A stretch of 62,132 bases of DNA, filler included. It is 5 parts of 5 records of this genome, joined end to end, with 100 filler letters (N's around TTAATTAATTAA, not from the genome) between each part and the next. Parts side by side here need not be neighbours in the genome. Positions count along the whole stretch, not along the records: positions 24,294 to 44,113 come from DRR723986_3525; 4 more parts are not named here. One strand, 5' to 3'. The position numbers and the translations under genes were made by a program. This document shows positions 30,825-40,428 of this stretch, in pieces. The notes below the pieces were generated by a model. That model was given only the letters and a program-made list of their open reading frames with translations. It ran no database searches and was not told the origin of the DNA. Numbering within the stretch: position 1 is the first letter of the stretch; every line of letters begins with the position of its first letter.

Positions 30825-31338
30825 GATTCTCGGCGCTCTGCTGGCGGGCTTGTTTGCGGCGTTTGCCGCCCCGGCCCATGCCCAGATCTCGTCTGAAGGC
30901 GGGCCGATCTACATCAATTCCGACCGCACAGAGAGCCTGGAGCGGGAACGCAAGGTTCTTCTGATCGGCAATGTCGACATCCAGCAGGGTGATGCCCGCC
31001 TCCGCGCCGACCAGGTCACCATGGTCTTCGCCAATAAGGAAGGCGGGGCGACCAGCACCGTGGGCGGCAGTTTCGGCCAGATCGAGTCGATGACGGCCGA
31101 AGGCGATGTCTTCTATGTCACGCCTGAACTGAAGGCGAAGGGCGACCAGGGGGTCTATGTCGCCACCACCGACACGATCACCATGACGGGCAATGTTGCC
31201 CTGATGCGCGGACGCGATGTGGCAGAAGGGCAAGTGCTCAAGCTTGAGATCACGAACCGGCGCACCACATTGGATGGCGGCGATGGCCGCACGCGCATGA
31301 TGATCGACCCGGATTCCGAAACCGGATCGAATGGGTAA
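30811..31338 (+). CDS. lptA: LPS transport periplasmic protein LptA
   Basis: Signal peptide (AHA), PI.I.SD and GNV.I.QGD..LRAD OstA pattern. Confidence 0.87.
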   Translation: MARTRILGALLAGLFAAFAAPAHAQISSEGGPIYINSDRTESLERERKVLLIGNVDIQQGDARLRADQVTMVFANKEGGATSTVGGSFGQIESMTAEGDVFYVTPELKAKGDQGVYVATTDTITMTGNVALMRGRDVAEGQVLKLEITNRRTTLDGGDGRTRMMIDPDSETGSNG

Positions 31339-31432
31339 ATTTCAAAAGGATCGTGAAACCGATCTTAAGCATGTGAAGGTATCAGTCGTTCCGGGCAACA
31401 AACGCCCGCACTGAAAGGGATTCCGGAGAAAG

Positions 31433-32167
31433 ATGACCGAGCCGGCCGAAGGCCTTGTCGTTAAGAATATTGCCAAGTCATTTGGCAAGCGACAGGTCGT
31501 GCGGGATGTCTCGCTTTCTCTTCAGCGCGGGGAAGTTGTTGGCCTGCTTGGACCCAACGGGGCCGGCAAGACGACCTGCTTTTACATGATCATGGGCCTC
31601 ATCGGCGTCGATTCCGGGGAAATCTCGATCGATGGCGAGGATGTGACCCGTCTTCCAATGTATCAGCGCGCACGCCTCGGCGTGGGCTATCTTCCGCAGG
31701 AAGCCTCCATTTTCCGGGGCATGACGGTGGAAGAAAACGTGTTGGCTGTGGCGGAACTGGTCGAAAAAGACCGCGCCGCCCGCATGGCACAGGTCGATAG
31801 CCTGCTCAGCGAACTGCACGTGGAACATCTGCGCCACCAGGCCGCCACCTCCCTGTCGGGAGGCGAACGCCGACGTGTCGAGATTGCTCGCGCGCTCGCA
31901 TCGCGTCCAAGCTTCATGCTACTGGACGAACCGTTCACCGGTATCGACCCGCTTGCCATTTCCGACATTTCCGACCTTGTCCGCTACCTGAAGCAGCGTG
32001 GCCTGGGCGTCCTGATTACGGACCACCAGGTGCGCGAGACGCTCCAGATCGTCGACCGGGCCTATGTGATGTATGATGGTGAAGTGCTTTTCAACGGCTC
32101 GCCGGACAGCGTGCTGAAGAATGAGGACGTGCGCAGGGTCTATCTGGGTGAACAGTTCGCCGCTTGA
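31433..32167 (+). CDS. lptB: LPS export ABC ATPase LptB
   Basis: GPNGAGKTT, YLPQE.SIF, LSGGERRR, LLDEPF and VYLG motifs. Confidence 0.96.
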   Translation: MTEPAEGLVVKNIAKSFGKRQVVRDVSLSLQRGEVVGLLGPNGAGKTTCFYMIMGLIGVDSGEISIDGEDVTRLPMYQRARLGVGYLPQEASIFRGMTVEENVLAVAELVEKDRAARMAQVDSLLSELHVEHLRHQAATSLSGGERRRVEIARALASRPSFMLLDEPFTGIDPLAISDISDLVRYLKQRGLGVLITDHQVRETLQIVDRAYVMYDGEVLFNGSPDSVLKNEDVRRVYLGEQFAA

Positions 32168-32185
32168 TCTCAGGGGGCGCGGCTT

Positions 32186-33679
32186 ATGGCCATGAAACAA
32201 TCACTCGACATGCGCCAGGGGACATCCCTGGTTATGACGCCGCAACTGCAGCAGGCGATCAAGCTGCTGCAGCTTTCCAATCAGGAACTTGCCGAGTTCG
32301 TCGAAGCAGAGATCGAGCGGAACCCGCTGCTCCAGAAAGCCGAAGACAATGACGGTCCGGCCGAAGGCCGCGAGCCGGCCCGCCGCGAAGAGATGTCGCT
32401 CGACGACCGCTCCGGCATGGGCGAGGCGCGCGAGCAGCTGGACGCCCCGGGTGAGGACGTCTATGAGCCGGGCACCGGTTCTGACAATGCCATGCCGGCC
32501 GGTACCTCTGGTCCCTCCGCCAAGGCAGACTGGTCTGGTGTTGGGGCAGGGCCTGCCAGCGACGATTTCGATGTGGCGTCCAACACGTCCTCCAATGTGA
32601 CACTGAACCAGCACCTGCACGACCAGCTGCAGCTGGCCGGTCTTTCCGCGGCTGACCGCCTGATTGCGGCGCGCCTGATCGACGAGACCGATGATGGCGG
32701 CTATCTCCGCACGACCGTCGAAGATGTTGCCAAGGATCTCGGCGCCGACGAAGCGAATGTCGAAGCTGTGCTGCAGGTTTGCCAGGGCTTCGAGCCGACG
32801 GGCGTCATGGCTCGCTCCATTCCTGAATGCCTCGCGCTGCAGCTGAAAGAACGCGGCCGCTACGATCCGGCCATGGAAGCGATGATCGACAACCTCGCCC
32901 TCGTCGCCAAGCATGATCTGAAAACCCTGTCGGACCGCTGCGGCGTCGGCAAAGAAGACCTGATGGACATGATGGCGGAGCTGCGCCAGCTCTCGCCGAA
33001 GCCGGGCTCTGGCTACTCCTCCGACACGACCATCGCCGTCCAACCGGACGTCTATGTACGTGAGCTGCCGAACGGCATGTTCGCGGTCGAGCTGAACTCC
33101 GACACGCTGCCCCGCGTGCTGATGGACAAGGCCTATTATGCCGAAGTCTCTGCGCTCAAGATGCGCGATCAGGAGAAGGAATTCATCTCCGAATGCGCCG
33201 CTTCCGCCAGCTGGCTGATCAAGTCCCTGGACCAGCGCGCCCGCACCATCCTGAAAGTCGCCAGCGAGATCGTGCGCCAGCAGGACGCCTTCTTTGCGCA
33301 TGGCGTGGCGCACCTGAAACCGCTGAACCTGAAACAGGTGGCTGACGCGATCGAAATGCACGAGTCGACGGTCTCCCGCGTGACGACCAACAAATACATG
33401 TCCACGCCGCGCGGGCTCTTTGAGCTGAAATACTTCTTCTCAGCCGCCATCCCGGCGACCGGGGGCGGGGAGGCGCATTCCGCCGAAGCCGTACGCTACC
33501 GGATCAAGCAGCTGATCGAGAAGGAAGACCCGGAAGACGTGCTCTCCGACGATCAGATCGTTGAAATCCTCACCGGCTACGGCGTCGATATCGCCCGCCG
33601 CACGGTCGCGAAATACCGTGAAAGCCTGAACATCCCCTCCAGCGTCCAGCGCCGCCGGATCAACCGCGCGAGCGCCTGA
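32186..33679 (+). CDS. rpoN: RNA polymerase sigma-54 factor
   Basis: MTPQLQQAIKLLQL, HESTVSR and RpoN box ARRTVAKYR. Confidence 0.98.
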   Translation: MAMKQSLDMRQGTSLVMTPQLQQAIKLLQLSNQELAEFVEAEIERNPLLQKAEDNDGPAEGREPARREEMSLDDRSGMGEAREQLDAPGEDVYEPGTGSDNAMPAGTSGPSAKADWSGVGAGPASDDFDVASNTSSNVTLNQHLHDQLQLAGLSAADRLIAARLIDETDDGGYLRTTVEDVAKDLGADEANVEAVLQVCQGFEPTGVMARSIPECLALQLKERGRYDPAMEAMIDNLALVAKHDLKTLSDRCGVGKEDLMDMMAELRQLSPKPGSGYSSDTTIAVQPDVYVRELPNGMFAVELNSDTLPRVLMDKAYYAEVSALKMRDQEKEFISECAASASWLIKSLDQRARTILKVASEIVRQQDAFFAHGVAHLKPLNLKQVADAIEMHESTVSRVTTNKYMSTPRGLFELKYFFSAAIPATGGGEAHSAEAVRYRIKQLIEKEDPEDVLSDDQIVEILTGYGVDIARRTVAKYRESLNIPSSVQRRRINRASA

Positions 33680-33681
33680 GC

Positions 33682-34473
33682 CTAATCCTCAGCGGGCAGC
33701 TCCGCGAACATCTCATTCAGATAGGCCGCGAGGCGTACGCCGCCTTTGGAGAGTTGCTGGCGCAGGAAGCCGCGGGTCTTGTAGACATAGTCGTAAGAGA
33801 GGATCTGGCTGTCGGGATAGATCTGGTCACGGATGGCTGCGCTCTCATCGGCCCACTGGCCGGGCGTCGCAGCGGACCAGACGAGGACGTCTTCCGCCGT
33901 GATCTTGCTGGTCAGCCAGTCGGTCCATTCCGTGTAGGATAGCTCCTCCTTGTTGATGAGCAGCTCGTCCCAGACTTGGTGCAAATTCGTCAGCTCTTCG
34001 AAGAAATAGCAGGTGAAGGAGTTGCCACCCCGGTCCGTGCCGTTGCCGGCGTGCAGCGGCTGCTGCAGGTCGCCGACCAGGTGGATGATGAAGCGCAGGG
34101 CCAGCTGGCGCTGTTCCAGCGACTGGCTCTCATCGAGGGCGATGGCGCGGAAATGCTCCAGCGCCGTGATCGCGTTGCCCTCCGGTGGCGGGGTGATGTC
34201 TGCATAGACCTCGCCTTCCGGGATGGTGACATAGTGCCAGGGATTGGCCTCGCGGCGCCAGAAATCGGATGTGTCGGAGCGCATGAAGTCCGGCCAGTCG
34301 GAAGCCTCCGCCATGCTTTCCGCGCCGAGGATCTCTTTCACAGCGGCGGCTGCCTCATCGCTCAGATACTCGTCTCCGATGGCGGCGACGACGCGGTGGC
34401 CGGTCTTGCCCCAGGCATGGGCGGGCGAGGCGGCGAGGGCGGCAAGGGCGAGGCTGAGCAGCAGGCGGCGCAT
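33682..34473 (-). CDS. Secreted S1/P1 family nuclease
   Basis: Signal peptide AHA then WGKTGH; WPD, H.VGD.QQPLH and NLHQVWD zinc motifs. Confidence 0.92.
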   Translation of the reverse strand: MRRLLLSLALAALAASPAHAWGKTGHRVVAAIGDEYLSDEAAAAVKEILGAESMAEASDWPDFMRSDTSDFWRREANPWHYVTIPEGEVYADITPPPEGNAITALEHFRAIALDESQSLEQRQLALRFIIHLVGDLQQPLHAGNGTDRGGNSFTCYFFEELTNLHQVWDELLINKEELSYTEWTDWLTSKITAEDVLVWSAATPGQWADESAAIRDQIYPDSQILSYDYVYKTRGFLRQQLSKGGVRLAAYLNEMFAELPAED

Positions 34474-34514
34474 GGCAGGTCTCCGGCAGGGAAAGGACTG
34501 CCAGACAGGTGCCG

Positions 34515-35366
34515 TCATTTCCCGCCAAGGGCAAGCGCATCGACGTCGCGGCGATGCGGCAGGCTCGGCTGGGCGCCGGACTTTGTGCAGGCGAGCGCCC
34601 CGGCGGTGACGGCGAAGGCGAGCGCCTCTTGCGGAGACATGCCTTCAATCAGGGCGACGGTGAGCGCAGCAGTGAACGTGTCCCCGGCGCCGACCGTGTC
34701 GACGACCCTTACCTTCGGCGGCGCGGCCCGGGCGATTTCCTGTCCGTCCTTGTAGAGCACCGCGCCCTCCCCGCCGAGGGACACAGCGACCAGCGCGCCG
34801 GAGGATTTCAGCCGCTCGCCATAGATCTCCGCTTCGGTCTCGTTGATGGAGATGAGATCCGCCTCGGCCAGCAATTCGTCCGGCACGGGCAGGGCGGGGG
34901 CGAGGTTCAGGCTGACGAAGCCCGTTGCCTTCTTTGCTGCCGCCAGCAGCGCCGGCACAGGCACTTCCAGCACACCCATCATGTGTTCGATCGGCAGGTG
35001 CGCGATATCATCCGGGCGCAGCACATTATTGGCGCCGGGACAGACGATGATCAGGTTTTCGCCTGAACCTGCATCGACGGCGATCAGGGCGACGCCCGTC
35101 GTCTCGCCGTTTACGTGCTTAACTTCGGACAGGTCGACACCGCCATCCTGCAGCAGTTTCAGCGCTTCGTCGGCCATGTCGTCGGCGCCGACCGCGCCGA
35201 CCAGCTTCACCTCCGCGCCAAGGCGGCGGGCGGCCAATGCCTGGTTTGCGCCCTTGCCGCCGGGATGACGCGCAAGCCGCGCACCGCCAACTGTTTCGCC
35301 CGGCCGGGGCAGGGCGGGGCCGGTGGCCACAATATCGAGATTGATCGAACCGACGACGGTAATCAT
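34515..35366 (-). CDS. rbsK: Ribokinase (PfkB family)
   Basis: VVGSINLD, GGKGANQA, NETE and DTVGAGDTF motifs; start reset to ATG 35366. Confidence 0.9.
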   Translation of the reverse strand: MITVVGSINLDIVATGPALPRPGETVGGARLARHPGGKGANQALAARRLGAEVKLVGAVGADDMADEALKLLQDGGVDLSEVKHVNGETTGVALIAVDAGSGENLIIVCPGANNVLRPDDIAHLPIEHMMGVLEVPVPALLAAAKKATGFVSLNLAPALPVPDELLAEADLISINETEAEIYGERLKSSGALVAVSLGGEGAVLYKDGQEIARAAPPKVRVVDTVGAGDTFTAALTVALIEGMSPQEALAFAVTAGALACTKSGAQPSLPHRRDVDALALGGK

Positions 35367-36286
35367 GCGCGCTCCATCAGCGAGGCGATGAGGTCGAAGA
35401 AGCCATCCGCGTCGGCGCCTGTCACCCAATCGTGGGGGCCACCCGGCGCGGCGGCGAGACAGGTCTGGCCGAAGCGCTCGCCTTCCTCGGTCACGATGCT
35501 GACATGTGTCGATTTCACAGCGAACAGATGCGGGGCCAGCAGGAAAGCGACCGTGGAGGGATCGTGCATTGGCGATTTGCGGCCTTCCTTCCACCGGCCT
35601 TCCAGCTCGTTGCCGGCTTCAAGCAGCTGCACCATGATCTGGGCGCGCTCCGTCGGGACGGTTTTCAGCCGCTCGATACGTGGCAGTTCGGCCCGCACGG
35701 TGTGGGTGACATCGAGACTCATCACGGTCGCGCGGATGCCGGATTTGAACACGATGGCCGCCGCGTGCGGGTCGGCGAAGACGTTGAACTCGGAGAAGGG
35801 CGTGATGTTGCCGCCCTCGCTGTCCGCGCCAGCCATAAGGACAAGGCGGGAAATGCCCTGCGCGATGGATGGATCCAGGATCAGGGCGGCGGCGATATTG
35901 GTCATCGGGCCGGTCACGACGAGCGTGTATTCGCGGGGGCTGGCCGTTTTCAGCGTATTGACAAGGAAGGTTACCGCATGGCCGTCGGCGAGCGGCAAGT
36001 CAGGCTCGAACGGGTCGAGGCCAGCGATGCCGCTTTCGCCGTGGAAGTCCTCCGCTGTGACGGGCGCGCGCAGGATCGGGGATGGGCAACCCGCATAGAC
36101 CGGCACGTCCGCCCGGTCCATCAGCTGGCACATCATGCGGGCGTTGCGGCTGGTCAGCGCCAGCGGCACGTTTCCGGCAACGGTTGTGATGGCGCGCACG
36201 TCGAGCGCATCGCTTGCCAGCGCCATCATCAGCATGACGGCGTCATCGACCCCGGGATCGCAATCTATGATCAGTGGAAGGCTCAT
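35363..36286 (-). CDS. Inosine/uridine-preferring nucleoside hydrolase
   Basis: DCDPGVDDA, GPMTN, EFN..ADP and MHDP motifs. Confidence 0.94.
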   Translation of the reverse strand: MSLPLIIDCDPGVDDAVMLMMALASDALDVRAITTVAGNVPLALTSRNARMMCQLMDRADVPVYAGCPSPILRAPVTAEDFHGESGIAGLDPFEPDLPLADGHAVTFLVNTLKTASPREYTLVVTGPMTNIAAALILDPSIAQGISRLVLMAGADSEGGNITPFSEFNVFADPHAAAIVFKSGIRATVMSLDVTHTVRAELPRIERLKTVPTERAQIMVQLLEAGNELEGRWKEGRKSPMHDPSTVAFLLAPHLFAVKSTHVSIVTEEGERFGQTCLAAAPGGPHDWVTGADADGFFDLIASLMERA

Positions 36287-36816
36287 GCGTGGGACTCACG
36301 CTCTGCGCGGAGGTCTGCAATCGCATCAAGGAAGGGCTTTTCCAGCGGCGGACTTTCCATCGGCATGCCGAGTGCTTCGAGTGCCATGTCTGCTGTTACC
36401 CTCTCCCTTTTGCGTCCCCTGAGCCGGGCGATCATGCGGCTGGTCGCGACGGTGCGGCCTTTCGAGACGAATGTATGCCGGAAACACATATAGGTTCCGT
36501 CCCAGCCGACCATACGGGTCTGCAGTTCGAATTTCTGGGGAAACTTCATCGAGTGGAAGTAGGTCAGCGCTTCGTACTGGATGATGGGGATCCAGCCGCG
36601 TTTGCGGAACGTCTTCATGGTGCCGGTCCGGAACATGAAGTTCATGATGCCGAGATCGGTGATCGAGGCGTAACGGGAATTGGTCATGTGCCCCATAGGG
36701 TCGTGGTCACCAATCCAGACGCCGGTGCGGATCGTGTGTACATCGAGGATATGCGTTCGGGTCTTTGAAAACCATGCCCAAAGCATGATCCTGAGGAGCC
36801 GGAAAAACAGGTTCAT
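36283..36816 (-). CDS. Hotdog-fold acyl-CoA thioesterase family protein
   Basis: D.D..GHMTNSRY...DLG motif. Confidence 0.85.
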   Translation of the reverse strand: MNLFFRLLRIMLWAWFSKTRTHILDVHTIRTGVWIGDHDPMGHMTNSRYASITDLGIMNFMFRTGTMKTFRKRGWIPIIQYEALTYFHSMKFPQKFELQTRMVGWDGTYMCFRHTFVSKGRTVATSRMIARLRGRKRERVTADMALEALGMPMESPPLEKPFLDAIADLRAERESHA

Positions 36817-36994
36817 GGGGGGCGAGACGCCTCCTCGTCACAGATCCAGACACGACGGAAAGTTGCCGCAAGCCTGTAGTCTCCACTACACCGCCAAGCT
36901 TCCTCCCGACCTCGACTATGGAGAGGAGCGCGCCGAATGCAAGTCAAAGACGGACCTTTGTCTCCCGCATCTCAGCCCGACCGGAGAAAGGCGC

Positions 36995-37030
36995 AAAAAA
37001 ATGGGTCAATTCCTTCTGAACTGACCCAAT
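36995..37030 (-). terminator. Intrinsic terminator
   Basis: Minus strand TGGGTCAGTTC-AGAAG-GAATTGACCCA followed by T7. Confidence 0.8.
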
Positions 37031-37144
37031 GAGCAGGTAAGATGGAGAAGCGCCCGTCTTGGGACTTCGTAAGAGCTTATGCCCGCCCCGGCCCGAACGT
37101 TCCAAAAAAGCTACGAATAATGGTTAACAAAACAAGGGGGTGAG

Positions 37145-38335
37145 TTAACCGGAGCGGCGGCGCCCATAAAGGATCAGCAGGGCGACCAGTCCGATTGACG
37201 TGCCCTGGCTGGAGAATACTTCCAGCATCAGGGCGAAGAACCAGGAGGGGAAATTGGTGCGGGTCTGGGCTTCGGTCAGCAGGTTGCTATTCCCTTGTCC
37301 CAGCAGTTCGGCATTGGCCGCTTCGATCTTTGCCTGAAGTTCGTCGCGGCGCTTGGCGAGGCCCAGTTCGTTCTGGGCATCGCGATATGGTTTCTGCTCC
37401 GTGCGCCCGACGCGTTCCACTTCAGAGAGATAGGCTTCCAGCCCTTCCACAGACCGGGTTTCCGGCGGAATGCCTTCCAGCTGGCGGCGCCAGTCGGCAA
37501 TCTGGGATTCCAGCACGCTGCGGTTGGCGTCTGCCCGCACAACTTCTTCGGCGGCGGCCGTGTTGTTCGCCGCGATATAGCGCTCGGTGCCGATGATGGA
37601 GGTGCCCATGCCGGCAAGGGCAAAGATCAGCGCGCGCCAGCCTTCCTTCATGCGGTGATTGGCCGTGTGCCAGTAGAAGAAGGTGAAGCCGCCGAAGGAG
37701 ATGACGGCCGCGATGACGCCGGTCCAGCCCCAGATGCCCGACTGGAGCGGATCGGCGACCGAGCTCGAAAAGGCCTGATAGTTCGCAAAGCCGGACAGCG
37801 CCGCGGCGGCGAGCCCCGCCGACAGGAAGACCAGCGCCAGCAGGGAGATGATGAACTTCTCCCCGTTGAATGGCGTCTTCACCTTGGGCTTGAGGTGTGG
37901 GAAGCGCTCTTCCAGCTTGTCCGCGTCACCGAGGGTTTTGACCTTTGCCTCGTGTTTCGCGAGGTTCCGGCTCACCTTGGCAGGCGCCGGCTTAAAGTCG
38001 GCATCCTGAACGACAGGACGCACCGCCGGGACCGGAGCTTCATCTTCCCGGATCAGCTCGGCTTCCAGGGGACGGGGTTGCCGTTCCTGTACACGTTGGC
38101 GGCGGACCTCTTCTTTCAGGCGGATCAGATCTGTGAAACTGCCTTCGGAACCGCAATTCGGGCACCTGAACGTGCCGAGCCGCGGATTGAGAACCAGCGA
38201 GCTTTCCCCGCCATCACGACAGTCCGGCGTCAGGTCGCACAGCGTGCGGACTTCATTTTCATCCTGGCTCGACTCGAAGTCGACCCCAAATTCCTCAAGC
38301 TGCTGGATCGCCTGCAGGAGACGTTCATCCGCCAT
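37145..38335 (-). CDS. Hypothetical membrane protein with N-terminal Cys4 zinc-finger-like domain
   Basis: 396-aa ORF: CDLTPDC..FRCPNCGSEG, three TMs, coiled coil, C-terminal hydrophobic segment. Confidence 0.75.
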   Translation of the reverse strand: MADERLLQAIQQLEEFGVDFESSQDENEVRTLCDLTPDCRDGGESSLVLNPRLGTFRCPNCGSEGSFTDLIRLKEEVRRQRVQERQPRPLEAELIREDEAPVPAVRPVVQDADFKPAPAKVSRNLAKHEAKVKTLGDADKLEERFPHLKPKVKTPFNGEKFIISLLALVFLSAGLAAAALSGFANYQAFSSSVADPLQSGIWGWTGVIAAVISFGGFTFFYWHTANHRMKEGWRALIFALAGMGTSIIGTERYIAANNTAAAEEVVRADANRSVLESQIADWRRQLEGIPPETRSVEGLEAYLSEVERVGRTEQKPYRDAQNELGLAKRRDELQAKIEAANAELLGQGNSNLLTEAQTRTNFPSWFFALMLEVFSSQGTSIGLVALLILYGRRRSG

Positions 38336-38590
38336 GAAGTTCTGACCCCGTTCGCATGGCGCGAACGCGCCCCGGCACCCGGTTTGTCTATCCGAATCCC
38401 CGTGCTCCAGTCACCCCCATCTGTCACCCGTGCGGGCCGCGGGCCAAATTGCGGCGGCAGCGCAGGCAGAATAACGCATACGTGACGCTTGTTTCATCTT
38501 TACGGGGGCGGCGTACTCCTTAAGGATGGACCAAGCCCGCCAGACGGACAGTGATCCGGCGGGAGACTGCCTGTCACCTGGAGGACCTGA

Positions 38591-39484
38591 ATGACCCTGC
38601 CGCGCTCCATTGCGATCCCGAAGAACTGGAAGACCTTCAATTTTGCCAGCTTTTTCTCGGCTATCGGCTATCCCGTCCTGGGAGTTGCGCTGTTTGTGAC
38701 CATGGTTCTGCTGGGCATTTTCCTCAGCCATCTCACTTTCCACTGGTGGTACCTGCTGATCGCGTTCGCGGTGACCGCCTTCACGATCTTCGTCTGCAAT
38801 GCCGGGATCGGACCGTTGCACCGCATCCTTCAGCACCGGGCAGGGGAACTCGCTGTGCCGGGACAGGTGCTGACCATGATCAATCTGGTCATCGCCATGC
38901 AGGGCAATGTGAAGGACTGGGTGAACTATCACTCCCAGCATCACCGCTTCTCCGACAAGCCGGGCGACCCGCACAACCCCTTCGAATCCAAGCGCTGGGC
39001 CTGGGTCGGCTGGATCCTTTGGCGCGACGAGAAGGACACCCAGCGCCCGCTGGCCATGTGGCTGAAGAACCAGCCGGTCATCGTCTGGATGGACCGTTTC
39101 TACAATGAAATCAGCCTTGTGGTGCACCTCGTCATTCCGGCAGCGATCTATCTGATCGTCTGGGCAGCGGGGGGATCTCTGCTGCTGACGGCGCTGATCC
39201 ATGCAAGCGTGGTGATCGGCCGGGCGATCCAGTTCCATGCGACCGTCTACGGCATCAACGTGCTGGGCCACCTGAAGACGCCGATCTGGGCGGACCACCT
39301 GATCGGACTGCTGACCGGCGGCGAAGCCTTCCACGACCATCACCATTCCGAGCCGACCAGCGCGCTGCACCGTCCGCGCAAGGGCGTGTGGAACCGGATT
39401 GTCGATTACAATGGCACGATCCTGCTGGCGATGGAGAAAATCGGCTGGGTCCGAAACCTGCGCATCGCGCCGCAGTTTGCCTGA
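38591..39484 (+). CDS. Membrane fatty acid desaturase (delta-9-like)
   Basis: Three His boxes HRILQH, HSQHH..SD..GDPH and GEAFHDHHH; GGAGG RBS. Confidence 0.9.
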   Translation: MTLPRSIAIPKNWKTFNFASFFSAIGYPVLGVALFVTMVLLGIFLSHLTFHWWYLLIAFAVTAFTIFVCNAGIGPLHRILQHRAGELAVPGQVLTMINLVIAMQGNVKDWVNYHSQHHRFSDKPGDPHNPFESKRWAWVGWILWRDEKDTQRPLAMWLKNQPVIVWMDRFYNEISLVVHLVIPAAIYLIVWAAGGSLLLTALIHASVVIGRAIQFHATVYGINVLGHLKTPIWADHLIGLLTGGEAFHDHHHSEPTSALHRPRKGVWNRIVDYNGTILLAMEKIGWVRNLRIAPQFA

Positions 39485-39500
39485 TCGCGAACCCGGAAAC

Positions 39501-39545
39501 ACCATAACAAATACGATATACGGACGATTTATACACGATCTACAG
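39501..39545 (+). repeat. 45-bp element of 11-12 bp tandem units, copy B
   Basis: ACCATAACAAAT ACGATATACGG ACGATTTATAC ACGATCTACAG. Confidence 0.85.
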
Positions 39546-39580
39546 CGGCCGTTTTTGGCCGGGTGCGAACCAAATTCGAG

Positions 39581-39616
39581 AGACCGGGAGCGCGCACGCT
39601 TCCCGGTCTTTTTTTG
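39581..39616 (+). terminator. Intrinsic terminator
   Basis: AGACCGGGA..TCCCGGTCT followed by a T-run. Confidence 0.8.
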
Positions 39617-39691
39617 TTTTCCTGCTTGTGCGGACCGATCCTGTCCCCATCTTCGCTGACGGGCCGGGGGGCCAGCAGAGGAGGGACTCCC

Positions 39692-40399
39692 ATGGCCCAG
39701 AAAGAAACAGCGACACAAACCCAGGCCAAAATACACTCCTATATTCTTCTCGACCGCACCGGCTCGATGTCTCCCATCTGGGATGAGGCGCTGAGTTCGG
39801 TGAATGCCTATGCCGCCAGCATTGCCGGTCAGGCCGGGGACGTCGTGCCTCGGATCACGCTTGCCGTGTTTGATGCGCAGGACGGCCTGCAGTTCGACGT
39901 GCTGCGCCGCAGCGTCCAGCCGGAAGGCTGGCAGCCGGTCACCGACAAGGAAGCCAGCCCCCGCGGCATGACGCCCTTGTTCGATGCCATCGCGCGGCTG
40001 ATTTCCATGGCAGAGGCCGACAATCCGGAGAAGGCCGTCATCGTCATCATGACCGACGGAGAGGAAAACGCCTCCCGTGAAGTGACGAAGACCGGCGTGA
40101 AAGCCGCGCTCGACCGGGCGGAGAAACGCGGCTGGGAAGTTGTCTTCCTCGGCGCGGAGTTTGCGAACTTCTCGGACGCCGACGCGGTCGGCATCTCCGC
40201 GCGCAAGACCATGGCCATGGGCCGTGGACGAATGTCGGAATCGATGACGCGGCTCGCCCGCAAGAGCCAAGTCTACTACGCCTCGGAAGCAGGTGCGCCG
40301 GTCGAGTTCGACGAAATGGACCGGGAAGAAGCCGGCGAAGCTGATGTCCAGGAGCGGACCGGACAAAAGCGCAAAGGCTTCTTCATGAGGAAGAAATAA
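39692..40399 (+). CDS. vWA domain protein, no signal peptide
   Basis: MIDAS-like LLDRTGSM, GMTPL.DAI and MTDGEEN; GAGGAGG RBS. Confidence 0.88.
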   Translation: MAQKETATQTQAKIHSYILLDRTGSMSPIWDEALSSVNAYAASIAGQAGDVVPRITLAVFDAQDGLQFDVLRRSVQPEGWQPVTDKEASPRGMTPLFDAIARLISMAEADNPEKAVIVIMTDGEENASREVTKTGVKAALDRAEKRGWEVVFLGAEFANFSDADAVGISARKTMAMGRGRMSESMTRLARKSQVYYASEAGAPVEFDEMDREEAGEADVQERTGQKRKGFFMRKK

Positions 40400-40428
40400 G
40401 CCGAAAACTGAACGGGTGTTCAGACTGG

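Noticed and set aside
29280-39545. 11-bp unit arrays as CRISPR repeats or plasmid iterons
   Set aside because: No spacers, cas or rep genes, and the context is chromosomal housekeeping; kept as an unexplained repeat
38411-40366. 651-aa minus-strand ORF
   Set aside because: Shadow of the desaturase and vWA genes; it crosses a terminator and has no recognisable domain
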